A program made the translations under genes and the position numbers. DNA of 63,366 nt, filler included, from Sphacelaria rigidula (lineage: Eukaryota), in the NCBI GenBank assembly GCA_964200075.2. It is 7 parts of 7 records of this genome, joined end to end, with 100 filler letters (N's around TTAATTAATTAA, not from the genome) between each part and the next. Parts side by side here need not be neighbours in the genome. Positions count along the whole stretch, not along the records: positions 1 to 8,968 come from CAXNAA020009622.1; positions 9,069 to 18,036 come from CAXNAA020009623.1; 5 more parts are not named here. One strand, given 5' to 3'. Position 1 is the stretch's first letter. Each line of letters opens with the position of its first letter. The notes beneath the pieces are model-generated. The model was not told the DNA's origin and made no database searches. It saw nothing but the letters and a program-made list of their open reading frames with translations. Below, in pieces: positions 1-13,254 of this stretch.

Positions 1-560
1 CACTTCCAGAGACAGCCACGGCTTTTACACTGCCACGTGGGTGCATACCAAGGGGAGGGGGGGGGGGGAGAGATTGTGGCAGGGGGCGGGGTGTTTGCAG
101 AACGGCCGAAAAGCTCACGAGTCAACCATGTGTTGATGGATTGATTGATTGTCGCACTTTAACGGGACCCCCCAGGGATCCAGCCGTGGGTGGTTACATG
201 GTATACGTACCCGAGACAAAACGGAATTGAAACACTCGCTGAAGAAAAAAGAGGAAACAGAAAAGGTAGAACAGAACAAGAGAGTAGACTCGCACCGAAA
301 AGTAAAATATACAGGTGGAGAGAACAAAAACAAATGTCCGCCTCTGCCACATGGCTTCGGCTACATGTGTGTCAGGAAATTTCCCAGGGGAAATTGTAAG
401 CCAGGAATGAGAGAAGCGGGGTAACCATTCTGACCAATCATGGCTATCAAAACGGCCACTTCGTTCCCCTACACGTGGACCACACGTGGACTACAGGTGC
501 ACTACTTCGCTGTCTAGCCGTACTCGTCATTTTGGTCACGAAAGTTCAATCATAGGGGTG

Positions 561-1063
561 CAAGGTTGTGTTCTGCAGGGTACGGGTATCTTCGGTATGG
601 CATGAGATTATTCCGTACAGAACGTGCGGAACTGCGGGGTAACGGTATGGAATCTTGAAGGTCACGGAGCCTGTTGGGTAGGGCATGGGGGATTTACAGA
701 ACCCACCGAACGTATCGGGTAGGGTCCGAATGTTGTCCAGACAAATGAACCCGCAACCGGGTATTTTCACGAGGGTATCCCCGCGTCCCGGGAAAGGATA
801 AACGTTTTGTACAAATCTTACAAAACGGTCGGGTAGGGGTATGGAAGGCTTGCAGAACTCACAGAGCTGTCGGGAACCGGTATGAAAGTCTGACATAACT
901 CACAGGACTATCGGGTAGGGGTATGGGAGGTTTACAATAGGTAGAGAACTGTCGGGTACCGCTATGGAAGTCATACAGAATTCACAGAACTGTCGGGTAC
1001 GGGTAATGCCTTGGAAAGTGCCCCGGGTGTACAAAAAACCGTACCCTACGGAACACAGCCTTG
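561..1063. mobile_element. Non-autonomous TIR element (CA...TG ends, hAT-like) with internal ~40-bp subrepeats
   Basis: Left end CAAGGTTGTGTTCTGCAGGGTACGG; right end CCGTACCCTACGGAACACAGCCTTG. Interior has degenerate 'cagaactcacagaactgtcgggtagggtatgg' units. No matching TSD. Confidence 0.75.
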
Positions 1064-1319
1064 GACACGACCACCATCAATGACCTGCACCTTGCTACTT
1101 GATCCCCCTGGTTACACAGATGAGCCGCCCCCGCTTGAACCACCACTCCAGTCGGGGGGTGATCCATCCTGATGGTCTGCGTTGCTGCTCATGTTTCGTG
1201 ATTCCACTCGGCACCCCGTAACCCGCCAGTGTATATGAATTTGACAAATCTGACTTTTTGTGGGTATGTGATGTTGAGTGAACGCGGGGGATTCGACCGA
1301 TGGGGGTATGTGGCACATG

Positions 1320-1764
1320 TTCAGGAAATCGGGTTATGTCGGCATTGAACCGGTATCAGTACCTCCCCAGGATACATACCTGTTCTCGTATTTGCATCGG
1401 GTATATCTACGAAGGTATACCCCCAACCCGGGCAGGGGTTTTGGAGGCCTGCAGAACTCACAGAACTTACGGGCAAGGGTATGAAAGTCTCACAGAACTC
1501 ACAGTAGGGTATCGAGATTGCACAGAAAACCGTACTCGCAATGAGTATTTTTGTAAGGTTAGACCCGTGCCCCCGGTAAGGGTATGGGAGGCTTGCAGAA
1601 GTCAGAGAATTATCGGGTAGGGATATGGAAGTCTTACAGAAGTAACAAACTGTCGGGCACCTGTATAAGAGTCTTAAAGACGTCACGGAACTGTCGGGGA
1701 CGGGTAATACCCGGAAAAGTACTCCGGGTATACAATGAACCGTACCCTACAGAGTGCAACCTTG
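1320..1764. mobile_element. 5'-truncated second copy of the 561-1063 family
   Basis: Same subrepeats and right end CCGTACCCTACAGAGTGCAACCTTG. Confidence 0.7.
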
Positions 1765-1815
1765 ATAGATTGCATTGACACAAATTGCGTGCTTGTCACT
1801 CCGCTTGTGGGAGGT

Positions 1816-2139
1816 GTGTTTACCACTTGGTCGATGACGAAATTTCTCGGAAACATCTCTTTTTTTTAATAACGCTAACTCTAACCCTGACCCCAACCCC
1901 AAACCAAGGCATACCGAGAACCCTCAGGCGAGGGGAGTGTGGAGCGTTCCCTAGGCAAAGTGTGGCGTTGGCAGACCTCAAAGTGGCGTCGCAGGCGCCG
2001 ATTTTGACGAAACACGCGTTCTGCGCACGCGAGGGGCAGTTGGGGGTGTCGGCCCCGCTGAAGATCCGAATATCGGTGTACACACTCAAATCAAGTATTG
2101 GAATTCCGGGAAGGTCCTAATCGACCAAGTGGTGAACAC
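1816..2139. mobile_element. MITE with 20-bp TIR and internal telomere-like hexamers
   Basis: GTGTTTACCACTTGGTCGAT ... ATCGACCAAGTGGTGAACAC; internal 'ctaactctaaccctgaccccaacccc'. Confidence 0.65.
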
Positions 2140-2676
2140 TACTGGCTCGTGGTCTTTGCCGCCGCCTGCCTGGCCCCACATGTGTTGCCGGCATAGCTTC
2201 ACACTGTCTGTAATGTTGTTGCGGAAAACTGAGGAGAGACATCAGCCGTATGCTGTAGATGGTGTCTATTGGGGAACGATCGCAGGCGGACTGTTTTTTT
2301 GCTGTATCCAGCGAAGACATACAGCACACGTGCTGACTGCACGCAATATGTGGACTGCAGGGTCAAGACCGGTCAGGAGCTGTCTGGGACTATTTTTTAT
2401 ACGGTATAGATGATTCCAAACATCCACATGGTCACGAAAAAGGCGTTCGGTGTAGAGAGAAGGAGCTGTTCTGCACTCCGAATGTGGCATGGTCCATCTC
2501 AGTCCACCTGCGGGGGGGTCGCCGTCTAAGGGTTAATCGTAGTAACCGCCGTTAGTTCAGAAATCTAACGGAAGAAGCAGATCCGAAAACGATCACTATG
2601 GGATCGAGTTATATTCCAACCCGTGGCATTTTGATGATGGCGGGTTTTGGCGTTGTCGGATTTCCACGGATAATAT

Positions 2677-3034
2677 TGTGTGTGTTGTGTGTTGTGTTGT
2701 CATCCCATTTGTTCTGGACACCCGTCTACACCTCTCGGTATATATGGGCGCACCAGCCGGGGTCACACAAGACGAAGGCCAACACAGAAGTTTTTGTTTT
2801 TTATTCTTCACCTTCCTTCTGCGGTGCTTGCCTTTATGTTTTATCGCGATAGGGGTTCAGCAATCCCTTTCCCTCGTCGACCATTACGTCGAAGTTTGTG
2901 TACGCACGACATGGTCGCTCTCCACTGTTCGGCATTGTGTGAGAAAAAGATCCCAGATTTCTCCGAGATTTGAACGGACGATCCAACCGTCAGGAGGCTT
3001 CGAGGTCACCAACTGAGCCACCGGGGCGACCGGC
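2677..3034 (-). mobile_element. tRNA-derived SINE, full length
   Basis: Minus-strand head GCCCCGGTGGCTCAGTTGGT (A box) ... GTTCAAATC (B box), a conserved body and a CA-rich tail; homologous copies at 43627, 61654, 30832 and 19825. Confidence 0.8.
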
Positions 3035-3049
3035 GTATAAAACTGTACG

Positions 3050-3910
3050 CACCAAAGACCCTGTAACACTCTTGACGGTTTCCCTTATATCTTGTGTCCG
3101 TCGGTGAAAAGCTCAGATCGCCTCAAGCTTGGTAATTCGGTAGCTATTGATGCTCCAACTGGAAAAATGTGTTGTTGAAAACCGTTGAAGAGTTTCTTCG
3201 CTCTCTTCCGGCTTCCGAAGGCCTCCATGGGAGGATCCCCGGAAGCCAGAAAAAACTGCCTCAGGGAGGACACACACACACTAAAAAAATACGTTGTGGT
3301 CTCGAGGTAGTCGAAGGAACATTTGTACGAAATTTCGTTCCACAGTCGATAGATAAACTGACGCATGGGGGGTCGTTTGGACCCTAAACGTACCCGAAAA
3401 CTCGTTTCTCCATCTGAAACAAGTCGTTGAGAGTTTTCACCTTTCGAACTCACTTCATTGGACAAAAAAGGCGCAAATGCTTACGCCAATGCTTGGAGTT
3501 GGACTGTGAAAATATGCACACATGTGCTACGGGGCATTGCAAGATATTCGGAGAACGGTGTTTTTCGATTTTTGCTTTTTATTTTCCCTAGTTATCAAGT
3601 CCCAGATGGGCATGTGATCCTTCCTAATCCCCCAAATTCGTGATACCCCCGGTAACTGGCGAAATGTGGGAGTGGCTGACCCAACCCCTGAGATCAAAAT
3701 GCAAGGCGTATACCGGGCAGAGATGGGTTGATCCGTTGCGGGCACGGACTTGTCTCGAGGAAGGGGAGGGGTTCGAAGTGCGGCAACACATACATATACA
3801 GACAAAGACGTGCAGGAACAAAAAACAAAATAAAGCACATCGAGCTGCATGGCACATGATCAGGAATACTCCAGGAAGTGTATACAAAAGTCCCACGTCC
3901 AAGTACTAGG
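3050..3910. mobile_element. Diverged relative of the 22153-23285 Tc1/mariner-like non-autonomous element
   Basis: Shared blocks such as 'gaaaagctcag', 'tattgat(g/a)ctccaa', 'agtttcttcg.tctct.ccggcttccg' and 'tgcacacatgt'. Confidence 0.55.
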
Positions 3911-4282
3911 TTCGTTCATTCGGGGGAACGTTTTTCGCAGGCTTGCTCGTCATTTTCGCTCCAACATTATAGAATCAGCCAGCGTTGATAAAAAATAGCA
4001 GACGCTGGTTGGTCACATGGAATGTTTTCCGGTCTCCGGCTTGTCGGGGCAATACGGGGTGCAAACCCCGTTTTCAGGGGGTGTACTCAACCGTGTTTGG
4101 TCCGAGAGCGCTCCTCTTTGGCCGTAGCGCTTTGAATCAGCTACTGCAGAAAATTTGGTCGCTGGAGTACGCGAGTATTTCTTGTCATGATCGGGATGCG
4201 ATCGGTCCGATCGCGCGAGATCATGAAGGAGCCACAACCTGGGGGGGCTGTATACTTCAACGGTTTGCCCATGATTCATTCG

Positions 4283-4541
4283 CACGTCGGACAGCTCATG
4301 AGCTACGTAAAATAATTAATCGAAGAGGGCTCCCAGGTCCATTGTTCAGACACACAAAACACGTGACAGGAGGGTCTGAGAAGCCAAACCGCTACCTTTG
4401 CGCTTCTCTGTGTGCTCGGCGTCCAGCCCTGCAGGGAGCAAATATGTACTAAAGGGGCCGAATGAGCTATTATAGCTCATGACCCGAATCAGTACACTAA
4501 TAAGAAGTAATATTGAGGTAGCTCATGAGCTGCCCGACGTG
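4283..4541. mobile_element. MITE with CAC...GTG termini
   Basis: CACGTCGGACAGCTCATGAGCTAC ... GTAGCTCATGAGCTGCCCGACGTG. Confidence 0.7.
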
Positions 4542-7500
4542 TGGGTTCGTTCCATTGATGGCAGGGATAATTTTTGCCTTTTGAAATTTTTGTCGAGTGC
4601 TGTGGTACTAGCTCTCGATACCCAAACATTTGATCAAGCTGGACGAATCGCTTCTAACCAAGAAGGCTTCGTTTCACTGTACTGTTGACTGCTGTCAGCA
4701 AGTAAACCACAAGTGCGAAACAAGTCCCGCCCGTAGTGCTGTACCCGTTCGGCGTTTATCCAGAAATGCAACATGATGATGGTGTCGTGTTCAGAAATGA
4801 TGCGCGGTAGCCCTCCTCCCCCCCCCTCCGGAAAAAAAAAAAACAGCCCCAAAACTGTCACGAAGGAAGTGCTCATACAGCCCATGATAGCTGAATTTAG
4901 ACTACATGAAAGGGCCTCATGTGGACGACGTTGGCAGAAACAATCTCAAGCAACTGCTGGGTTCATTCAACTTTTGTCCTTTTGATTCGTATGTATTTTG
5001 CCTCCTCAATCCAGCCACCTTTTTTTTTGAGGGGGGGGGTGTACCCATGATCATGGACGCCATAGTCATCAGACCATTGACATAATTGTCCCGCAGACGA
5101 GGGCACGTGCGATTTTTTTTTCTTGGGGGGGTGGGGGAACATCCCGGCGTTACGCTGGCATAGAACAGAATACTGCGGTTGACCGCAAACAACGGAGACA
5201 CTGTACTGTGACCGGCAATTTATCGGCAAAATCACTGTGTCGCCATGTGCGACTTCACCCCGCACGAACCAGCCGTCTCTCAACTCCGTATGCAGCATTG
5301 GTTGAGTATTTGCACTAGTAGCCCGCCCTATGATACAACAAGTGCTGACGAGCAGAGACGTTAGAGTCGTCCCGCCACTTTCCCTGAACATGCACGTCTT
5401 TGCGTAGGTTTTTACTTCGACCAAAGTCCTCTTGAACGTTTACGTCTACGACAAGATTTGATTTGATTTGGTTTCTTACATTGTTCATGATATTTGGCCG
5501 CACAGCACTAACGACCACCCTTCAAGCGTCGAGCAGGCTTGAGTTTCTTCTGAAAACTCCGGCTGCTAAAGGGTTAACCTAGGCTATCGTATTTTGTCAT
5601 TCGACGCAGGGGTCTTACCCTCCGTGGAAGCGTCAGAGGTGGGGGGGGGAGCATGGCGCGAGCAGGTCGAGACGCGTTTCCCACGGCCGACCGCAGCACG
5701 AGCTCTTCGCGTGAGTAAAGGGTTACGGGTAGCGATACTTGTAAAATGTGTCAACCATGGACAATTTTAGCGCAATGTCTAACAACTAACGTCCATCGAA
5801 AGTACGCAACACGTGTCTGTGCTTGGTGCCGAATGGAATGGGACGCGACAAGGCTTCGCCAACGATTACTGGTCATCGTGAAGCTACCTCCTCTTTCGTT
5901 TCAAGTAACATCGGGCAAACCACTACTAAGGGTCAGACGAATCATTTACTGGTTCGGGTCACCAAACTCAACTATTCCTGAGTCCTGTTCGCTCGGAAAG
6001 AGATGAAAAGGTGAACCGTGGGTCAGAAAAGCCTCCGGTAGATTTTGCGCGGTTCCACGTGCCTGGGGTGCGCGTGCGTGGGGTGCGGTGCTGAAAAAAA
6101 AAAGCGTGAGGATTGATTCGTACGATATGAATCGAATACACTGAAAGCAAGCCATTTTTTTTTTCAGTCCTGTTTGGTCTTGGGTACGTGTATCATGTAA
6201 CCACGGCTGGACCCCTGGGGGGCCACTTAAAAGTGCGATCCGACCCTTGCAAACCGCTGAATCCCCGTCGCTCGAACCGTGCCACGTATGTACAGAAAGC
6301 TATCTCCTTCCGATCCGCCGGTTTTTCGCACGCGAGTAAGCGACCAGCTGTCGACGCCAGTGACCTAACTTAAGATACGGTGAGCTGACTGTATCTGCTG
6401 GCGAAAGTAGTGCAACCATTCCGCTTTTTCTTTCACACTTGGAAACTGGGGGAATTCTTGCACAAAGATTATACACGAGTCGGCGAAACGCCGGGTGCAA
6501 ATGGAAGCTGACCTCCGATGCGTGCGCGCAGAAGGACGATAATATATATCACAACAAATATAAAAATCAAACAGTGGGGTATTTTTCAATGAGAATATCG
6601 ACTCTGCGTCTACCGTGTGTGGTTCAAGAGACACTGCAATGCAAGCAATGGGAACAACCCTGTTGCCTCACATTCGGCCATTTGGGGGGTGTACTCATAA
6701 TCATGCATGCCATAGCCATCAGACCATTTGGGGGGTGGGGGGGGGATTTTGTTATTCGTAGCCTGCTGGATTTTGCGACGCAACTTCGTAGCGGTGTAGT
6801 ATCCTTGGCTTTGATCGTGTTGAGAGAGGGTTTTTTCGCCTGGCCATGGAAATAAACTGGTTCAAAAAGACAGGCAACTCCCATAATCTTTTGATAATTT
6901 TGGATCTCTACAAGCCCTACTTGAATATGCTACTTGCGCTGCGTCATGGCATAACCACAACATGTGTGCTTGATCGATGTACCTTTCAGAGCGAGAACAG
7001 GCGTTGATGTGCGAGTCACCATCTTCCAGCTCTCCAGGATGCAATATTGACACGGCTAGGGATGCCGGCTTTTTTTCATGCGTGTTTTCTCGATGGGAAG
7101 GATTCCTCCAAAAGCCGGTCACACGCCCCCATATTCCTTCTTATTTCCCAGAAGGAGACAGTAAGAGCGCGACAGATGTTCTGAATCCGACATATAATCC
7201 CCCACCTTTGGTTCAATCTCCGAAGTAATCTTGACTCAAGTACGAGCCATCGACAACGCAAAGACTGGAGAAATATCGACATGCCACAAGACACCTCGCC
7301 TTTCGATGTGTAACCATATTCCGACTCCGCGCTTCGCACCCTCTGCAGAAATACCCCGCCCCCCCCTCCCCCCCCCTCCACAGCGGTCTTATGACTGTGA
7401 CATGCATGATCATGAGTGCACCCCCCCTCCACATCGTTCACACACATCCACAGCCAAGAAATCTACACGGTCTTTGGGGTCCGGTTCTGTATGTCACGTC

Positions 7501-7829
7501 GAGATCAACCCGTGACCGCAGGTCAGATTGCGATGTTGTCTGGTTGGCGTGTCGTCCTAAAAATATGTCCGGGTTCTCACCTGCTGCTGGCGGGAGGTAG
7601 TTACTCCTTGGTTCGAAGAGCGGAGTCGAATACGCTTACGCTACAGCGAATTGTGAGCCTACGTCATGCGTCTGTGTCAGCTGTTCGTCCTGTTGGCTCT
7701 TGATGCATACAAATGGCCCGGGAGTGGTGCCGCGATAGCCCCTCCCCAAGCCAGCCTCAAAACTGTCGCGAAGGAAATGGCCATACAGCGCATGATGGCT
7801 GGTTTCAGACAGTGTGCGTGAGAGTGTGT

Positions 7830-7930
7830 CTGTGCTACAATAGGCTTTCAAATGACGTGTGAGATGGTCTGTCTTCCCCTTCCAAAGATGCGACGAACGG
7901 AGCGTGGTGTGTCTACACGCCAAACACACA
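7830..7930 (-). pseudogene. Possible BED zinc-finger remnant of a transposase
   Basis: CLACRHTTLRSSHLWKGKTDHLTRHLKAYC resembles BED C-x2-C...T-x-x-L-x-R-H-L; no further transposase motifs were confirmed. Confidence 0.3.
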
Positions 7931-8968
7931 CGTGATATGCTCTTCCGGCTTTCTTTTACTGTAGTGCTGCCGTGAAATGCCTCCGTCGCTTCTTCATCTT
8001 GGTGCGTCGGTCAATGGAACCCTACCAAACGCCCAGCTTGTACTTTTGCTGGGCATGTGTTGTGAACCACTTGGAGAGAGGACATGCTCATTCCCCTAGT
8101 CGGGGTACGAAGCACGGGGTTGGGGTCGGGAATGGCTGCGTGTCAGAAGTCGCGTTGTCTCGTGGCGTGTCACTGTCCCTGGTATCGTTCTTTTTGCTCC
8201 CTGATACAGGCAAATAGACGGGCGGATTCACATCCTGGACAAAATATATATGGACAATGGATGTAATAGACAAGAAAAGGTACTGCGCAAAGTGAAGACT
8301 TATTGCAACCATTGTCGGCCGACAATAGTTACAACAGGCCCATACTTTGCGCAGTACCTTATTTTTGTCTTTTTCAACTGTTGACCATATATTGTCGAGG
8401 GTGTGGGCGGATTTGACCCGGAACACATCACCTCATGTCTCTTTTGTCCTTGCTCTGTTCATGGCGGGAAATAGTCTGTTGGGTTGCGTGAAAAACGCAC
8501 TGAGCGTGACGCTGGTCATGGCTGCACGTCAACACGCGTGTTGCTGATTTTGAAGTACTACCACTGAGATGAGATACCGTGTTGTCGAGTCTCGAAGGAA
8601 ACTACTGCCCCCCGACCGCAGCAAATAGCTGGCGTTGCTTCTTATTTCGTTCATTTCCAAGTACTATCATTGCAGTAAGGGGTCGAGTGCTTCTCCCTAC
8701 AAGACACCTCAAGTCAAGACGAGCAAAAGCACACGCTGTCACAATGACCGTGTGCACCTACTTATCTATTCTCGTGAAAAGAACCCAGGGTTGACATCGC
8801 AATACGCAACACGATAGATGCCCTCTCTCACAGAATGCTGTGCTTTGACAGACCCCCCCCCGCCCCCCCACCCCTTATTGGTCACACGACTAAGGCAAGT
8901 AACAAATGAGTACGCCCCCTCGTCCCTTCCCTCCGTCAGCCTGGTCCGGCGAGAACCCGGCGTGCTCC

Positions 8969-9068
8969 NNNNNNNNNNNNNNNNNNNNNNNNNNNNNNNN
9001 NNNNNNNNNNNNTTAATTAATTAANNNNNNNNNNNNNNNNNNNNNNNNNNNNNNNNNNNNNNNNNNNN
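8969..9068. other. Artificial contig spacer N44-TTAATTAATTAA-N44 (same spacer at 18037-18136, 27104-27203, 36170-36269, 45236-45335, 54302-54401)
   Basis: Six identical 100-nt spacers with a six-frame-stop palindrome; the segments between them decrease from 8968 to 8965 bp. Confidence 0.97.
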
Positions 9069-10061
9069 TGTTTTGGGCTTGAGCCTCATCTCGAAGTTAA
9101 ACCTCAATTCTCACAATTTGTTGTTAGATCAATAAAAACATACATATATCCGCGCCTTTCACTCGATTTGGACACAAACAAATACTAATACATACATGAA
9201 CACACTCGAGAGGTATGCATCACGTCATAGCGCGGTGTTGAGTGCCTTGTACACGAGGTTGCATTCTTCGAGATGGGACCAAGGAGAAGGACGAGAGAAA
9301 GGTTCAGCGTTGCGGGGACGTTAGGGAATGTGGAGGTTCGTCAGATGGTCAGCGTAGTGAAATTTCTCGGGGTGAAAAGGAAAAATCTACGCGGCAGGCA
9401 CCACGAGGAAGTTCTCCTCGCCTACTGTAGTAGATGGGAGTACAGTAGGTACCTCATGACGTGTGTGCCTACTCTCATCATGGTTGTTGCGGTGTGAACG
9501 GTCACAGTTGACCTGTGCAGTGTGTTCATTTTGTTCGTGCGTTGAAGGTACCAACGAACACTTCCCCGTTCTTGGAACACACCTTTTGATCGCACTTGAA
9601 GGGGTGGAAAAAACATCGCGTCACAGGAACCCGCCCCCACAGATGCGTGAACGTTTGCACCGACAGGATGCTGGCGTGGAAGAAGTACTCATTGTGCAGT
9701 CATTGGCTATAGCGTCATGTGGCCCCTCTATGATTCTGGGACGTTCAAAACTTTTTGGGTAGGTGGAATCTCCGCGTGCGGTGTAAGGTATCTTATGAAT
9801 GGATCTGCTTCATTTTCCAAGATCTCCCAATTTTGAGGGGGGGAAACTCTCCAAAAAATCTGAGGCCAAACTTGACCGCATCAGGCAATAGATCAGTTCA
9901 GGACTGATCATAGATTGACGGGGAAATTTATTCGGTTCTTCTTTTTCCCTTCTTTTCGAAAAATTGAAGACAAGCTCCGACTTATTTTCCGAACAAAAAT
10001 TTTGACGCTAGATTTTCGGAGAAATCTGTCGCCAGTCTTGAAGTGATCTACTTCATGACCT

Positions 10062-10170
10062 GGTTAACCCGTTGACCGCTAGAGTAGGTCATGAGTTTTA
10101 GCAGGCATCACCTTCACTTGAAAAAATTGCTACGCGACCCAGATGACCTACCCTGGCGGTCAGAGGGTTG
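10062..10170. mobile_element. ~105-bp piggyBac-like mini-MITE
   Basis: TTAA-CCCGTTGACCGCTAGAGTAGGTCAT ... ATGACCTACCCTGGCGGTCAGAGGG-TTGA; related copy at 61316-61428. Confidence 0.7.
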
Positions 10171-12548
10171 AGAAATCTGCTCTTCATATTTCGGAGAATA
10201 CCTTTTTTTTTCCCGAAAACTTCGGATATTTATTTTTTTCGAGGGAAAAAAAAAGGACCAGCTGATGACACCCGTAGTTCAGGGAGTTCATTCATCATAC
10301 AGAGCACGTATCGTGACTGAACGTGAAACATGAGTGGAGAAAACCGCCTCCGCGCCCCAAGCATGGCTCTGAAGTTTGTATTTTCCCCACGGGCCAAAAG
10401 ATAAGGATTGCTGAATCGAAAAAAATTAAAAGTAGGTTTGTAGCAACGCAAGTATTGGCGAATGTTTGCTGAAGAAACAAAAGTAATGTCAGGATTGAAA
10501 ATTGAGTCTCGAGGCGAACGCGGGGCTTCAATCAGCGGTAGGGTGATTCCTGGCACCCGTCAAGAGCGCCGAGCACAAAACGGTCCTCGCCGTCGTCGCG
10601 TGGACACACCATGCAAGGCGCGGGTCAGCATCCACATGAAAACATGAATAAAAGTAAAAGTCTGTGAGACGGGATAATATTTTCTTGACGTTCTACCAAG
10701 ACGCGGTACTGCATCCACCCTCTCGCCCTCACACCGCCATCCAACCTGCCTTCAACGGCAAAAACAAAAGTCTTCCTAGTCCTACAGTATACGCATCTGC
10801 ATCGCGTTTCTTGGAAACCGTAAAATCACCAAAACAAAAACGCGAGGACAACCACAAGCACATATAATGCAAAAAAAAAACGAGCTGAACGGCTAAGACT
10901 CAACGCTCATCCTCCCCCCCCCCCCCCGCTCCGTTCCCCCCCGGGCGCGCTATTCAGCCATGTCCATAGCCCACTTCGGTACCAAGAGAGTGCGTTTCAC
11001 CCATGACGGTTAAAACGCTCGTCGACACCCCCGAGGATCAGTGCCACGTGAAAAAAAAGTATTCCAAGGTAACTGTTTAATTTCACTTCCTGCACCCTCG
11101 TCTCCTGTCAACCTGAGGCCTCAATGTTAACACAAAAAGCCAGGAAGACGTACATTGTCTCGCTTGCGCGCTGGCCGGACAAATTAATGTATCTTCTTGA
11201 GTCAACGCACTGAACGTTGGTATTGCCACTATTCGAGCATAACAGGTACGCGTGAATGTATCTGGGGGGGGGGGGGGGGGGGGGAGAAAAAAAAAAAAAA
11301 AAAAAATGNNNNNNNNNNCGTGTCTTCTGGGTGGTGGTTGGGCGGCGGAGGGGGAGGGGAGGGGGGGGGGGGGGGTGGGGGGGGGGGGGTACAAATAAAA
11401 AGATACAAGAAATGCGCGATGCAGTCACCTAATGATCGATTTCCAACAGCACTCATCCTAAAAGAAGTAACTCTTCGACACTCAGGTAGCTACGAATACC
11501 ACCCTTGAGAATATTCCCCGATTCACAAGGAGGAAACCATTATCCCGACGTAGGCGTGCCGACCTGTTAGAACATGGGTATCTCTCAGGTATCACCATGA
11601 TCTGCGGTAAAAAAAATGCCCCTGCCCTTTGCTTCCACTTCTGTTGGAACAAACTCGCCGCCCCGCCCCGCCCCGCCCCACCCGCAAATGAAAAAAACTT
11701 CGAGACAAAACCTCCGACACCCACGTCAGGGCAACACACTCGGCGCATTCTTCAAGCTTCGGATCAATAGGATCCTACGAAGAGACGGAGGGACAGAAAG
11801 AGTACACTGATGCATAACAAATCCTCTCGGTTCCCCTGGCCATGTCTTCCAGCCGGCGCCTCAATATGTCAACTACACCACTGCTTTTGGGAATCTCTTC
11901 CACTATCGACGGCGCGGCTTCGGCGCAAAACAGCCTCGAGCCTGTTTTACGCCGAGGTTGTGTACACATAAAACACCGCGGGCACAGGAGCAAGATTGAG
12001 TAAAACATGACAGAAACAAAACACAAACAACAAAAAATCAAAGGCGTTGTCATCATCAAGAGAGAACCCTAACTTCTACTGGCTATCTAGAGCTCTAATC
12101 ATTTTATGTAACACGTCGTGCCGACACAATCCTCAACCTACTAACCGACCCCGTAATTCTAGACACGGCGGCTTCCACAAATCATCACGCTGGCGATGTC
12201 GAATGGTTTCGCGTCACCTGCAGTCAACAGGCAAGAGCCCGTGCTACTCCCAGTAGCAGCATCCTCCCTCTGGTTCAATACCCCTTTCGCTGATAGAAAT
12301 CGAAAATTACACATACGCGGTACGACAGATAAACCACGAACACCTACACAGTAAAAACGCACTTCCCAAACTCACGTTTGTTCGTGAGCATGCGCCGCTT
12401 TTATCCACATGCACGTGTTTGTTTGCGTGATGATGATATCGTTATCTACAGTTCGCTACTCTACTGCCGTAGGACATACTTTTCGCTTTCACCTTCTGGT
12501 TCTCTTGTTGTTTTTTCTCACTTATTTTTCTGAATGTTTCGTCTTCGC

Positions 12549-13223
12549 TTACCCGGCACCGACACCCGAAACTACGGCGGGGGTAGCAGATACGATCTTC
12601 TCCTCTCGCTGCCGCTCGCGCTCCGCCGAGCGCTGAGCCATGAACTCTGTTATCGACACGAAAGCCGGCGCTTTCTCGGAAACGAATCGGCCGCGCGTTC
12701 GTTTCCTAGACCGCGCCGCAATTTGTCGATGCTTGTACTTGACTGGCTTGCCTATCTCCCGGCTCTCCCCGGGGTCTTCCCCCCCGTTCGATAGACCGTC
12801 GCTGCCGCCGCTGTCGATCAAACCGCCGTGGGATACGCTGCATACCCCTCCTGCCCCCCTGCCCGCACCGCTCGTGTTGCCGATAGCAGTTGCGCTGACA
12901 CTCCGCATGAGCTCGAAAAGGTGCCCCACCTCCACCTTGGGCAGGCTGCTACTACTGCCATTGCTGCTGTCGTTGTTGTCGTTGTTGGTTTTGTTGTTGC
13001 TACCAGGTGATGCAGCGACCGCTTTCCCCCCGTTCCCGCTCGCATCGCTATCGATATCACCGCCACCACCGCCGCTGCCAACGACGGCATCGCCATCGGC
13101 GACAACACGATCAATAGACGAAGAGCCCTCTGCTTTCTCGTCCTTATCGTTGGAGCTACTGCCACAATTATTGTCAGCCCCCGGGCCGCCCGAGTTCCCG
13201 CCATCACTCTCCGCTACCACGCC

Positions 13224-13254
<31 letters not shown>

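Noticed and set aside
9013..9024. Periodic TTAATTAATTAA motif every ~9.07 kb as a biological signal
   Set aside because: It is an assembly spacer inside N runs; the periodicity comes from length sorting.
11265..11390. G-rich/Pro-rich ORFs and a G-quadruplex-like tract
   Set aside because: Homopolymer runs around a 10-N gap; the sequence is unreliable.
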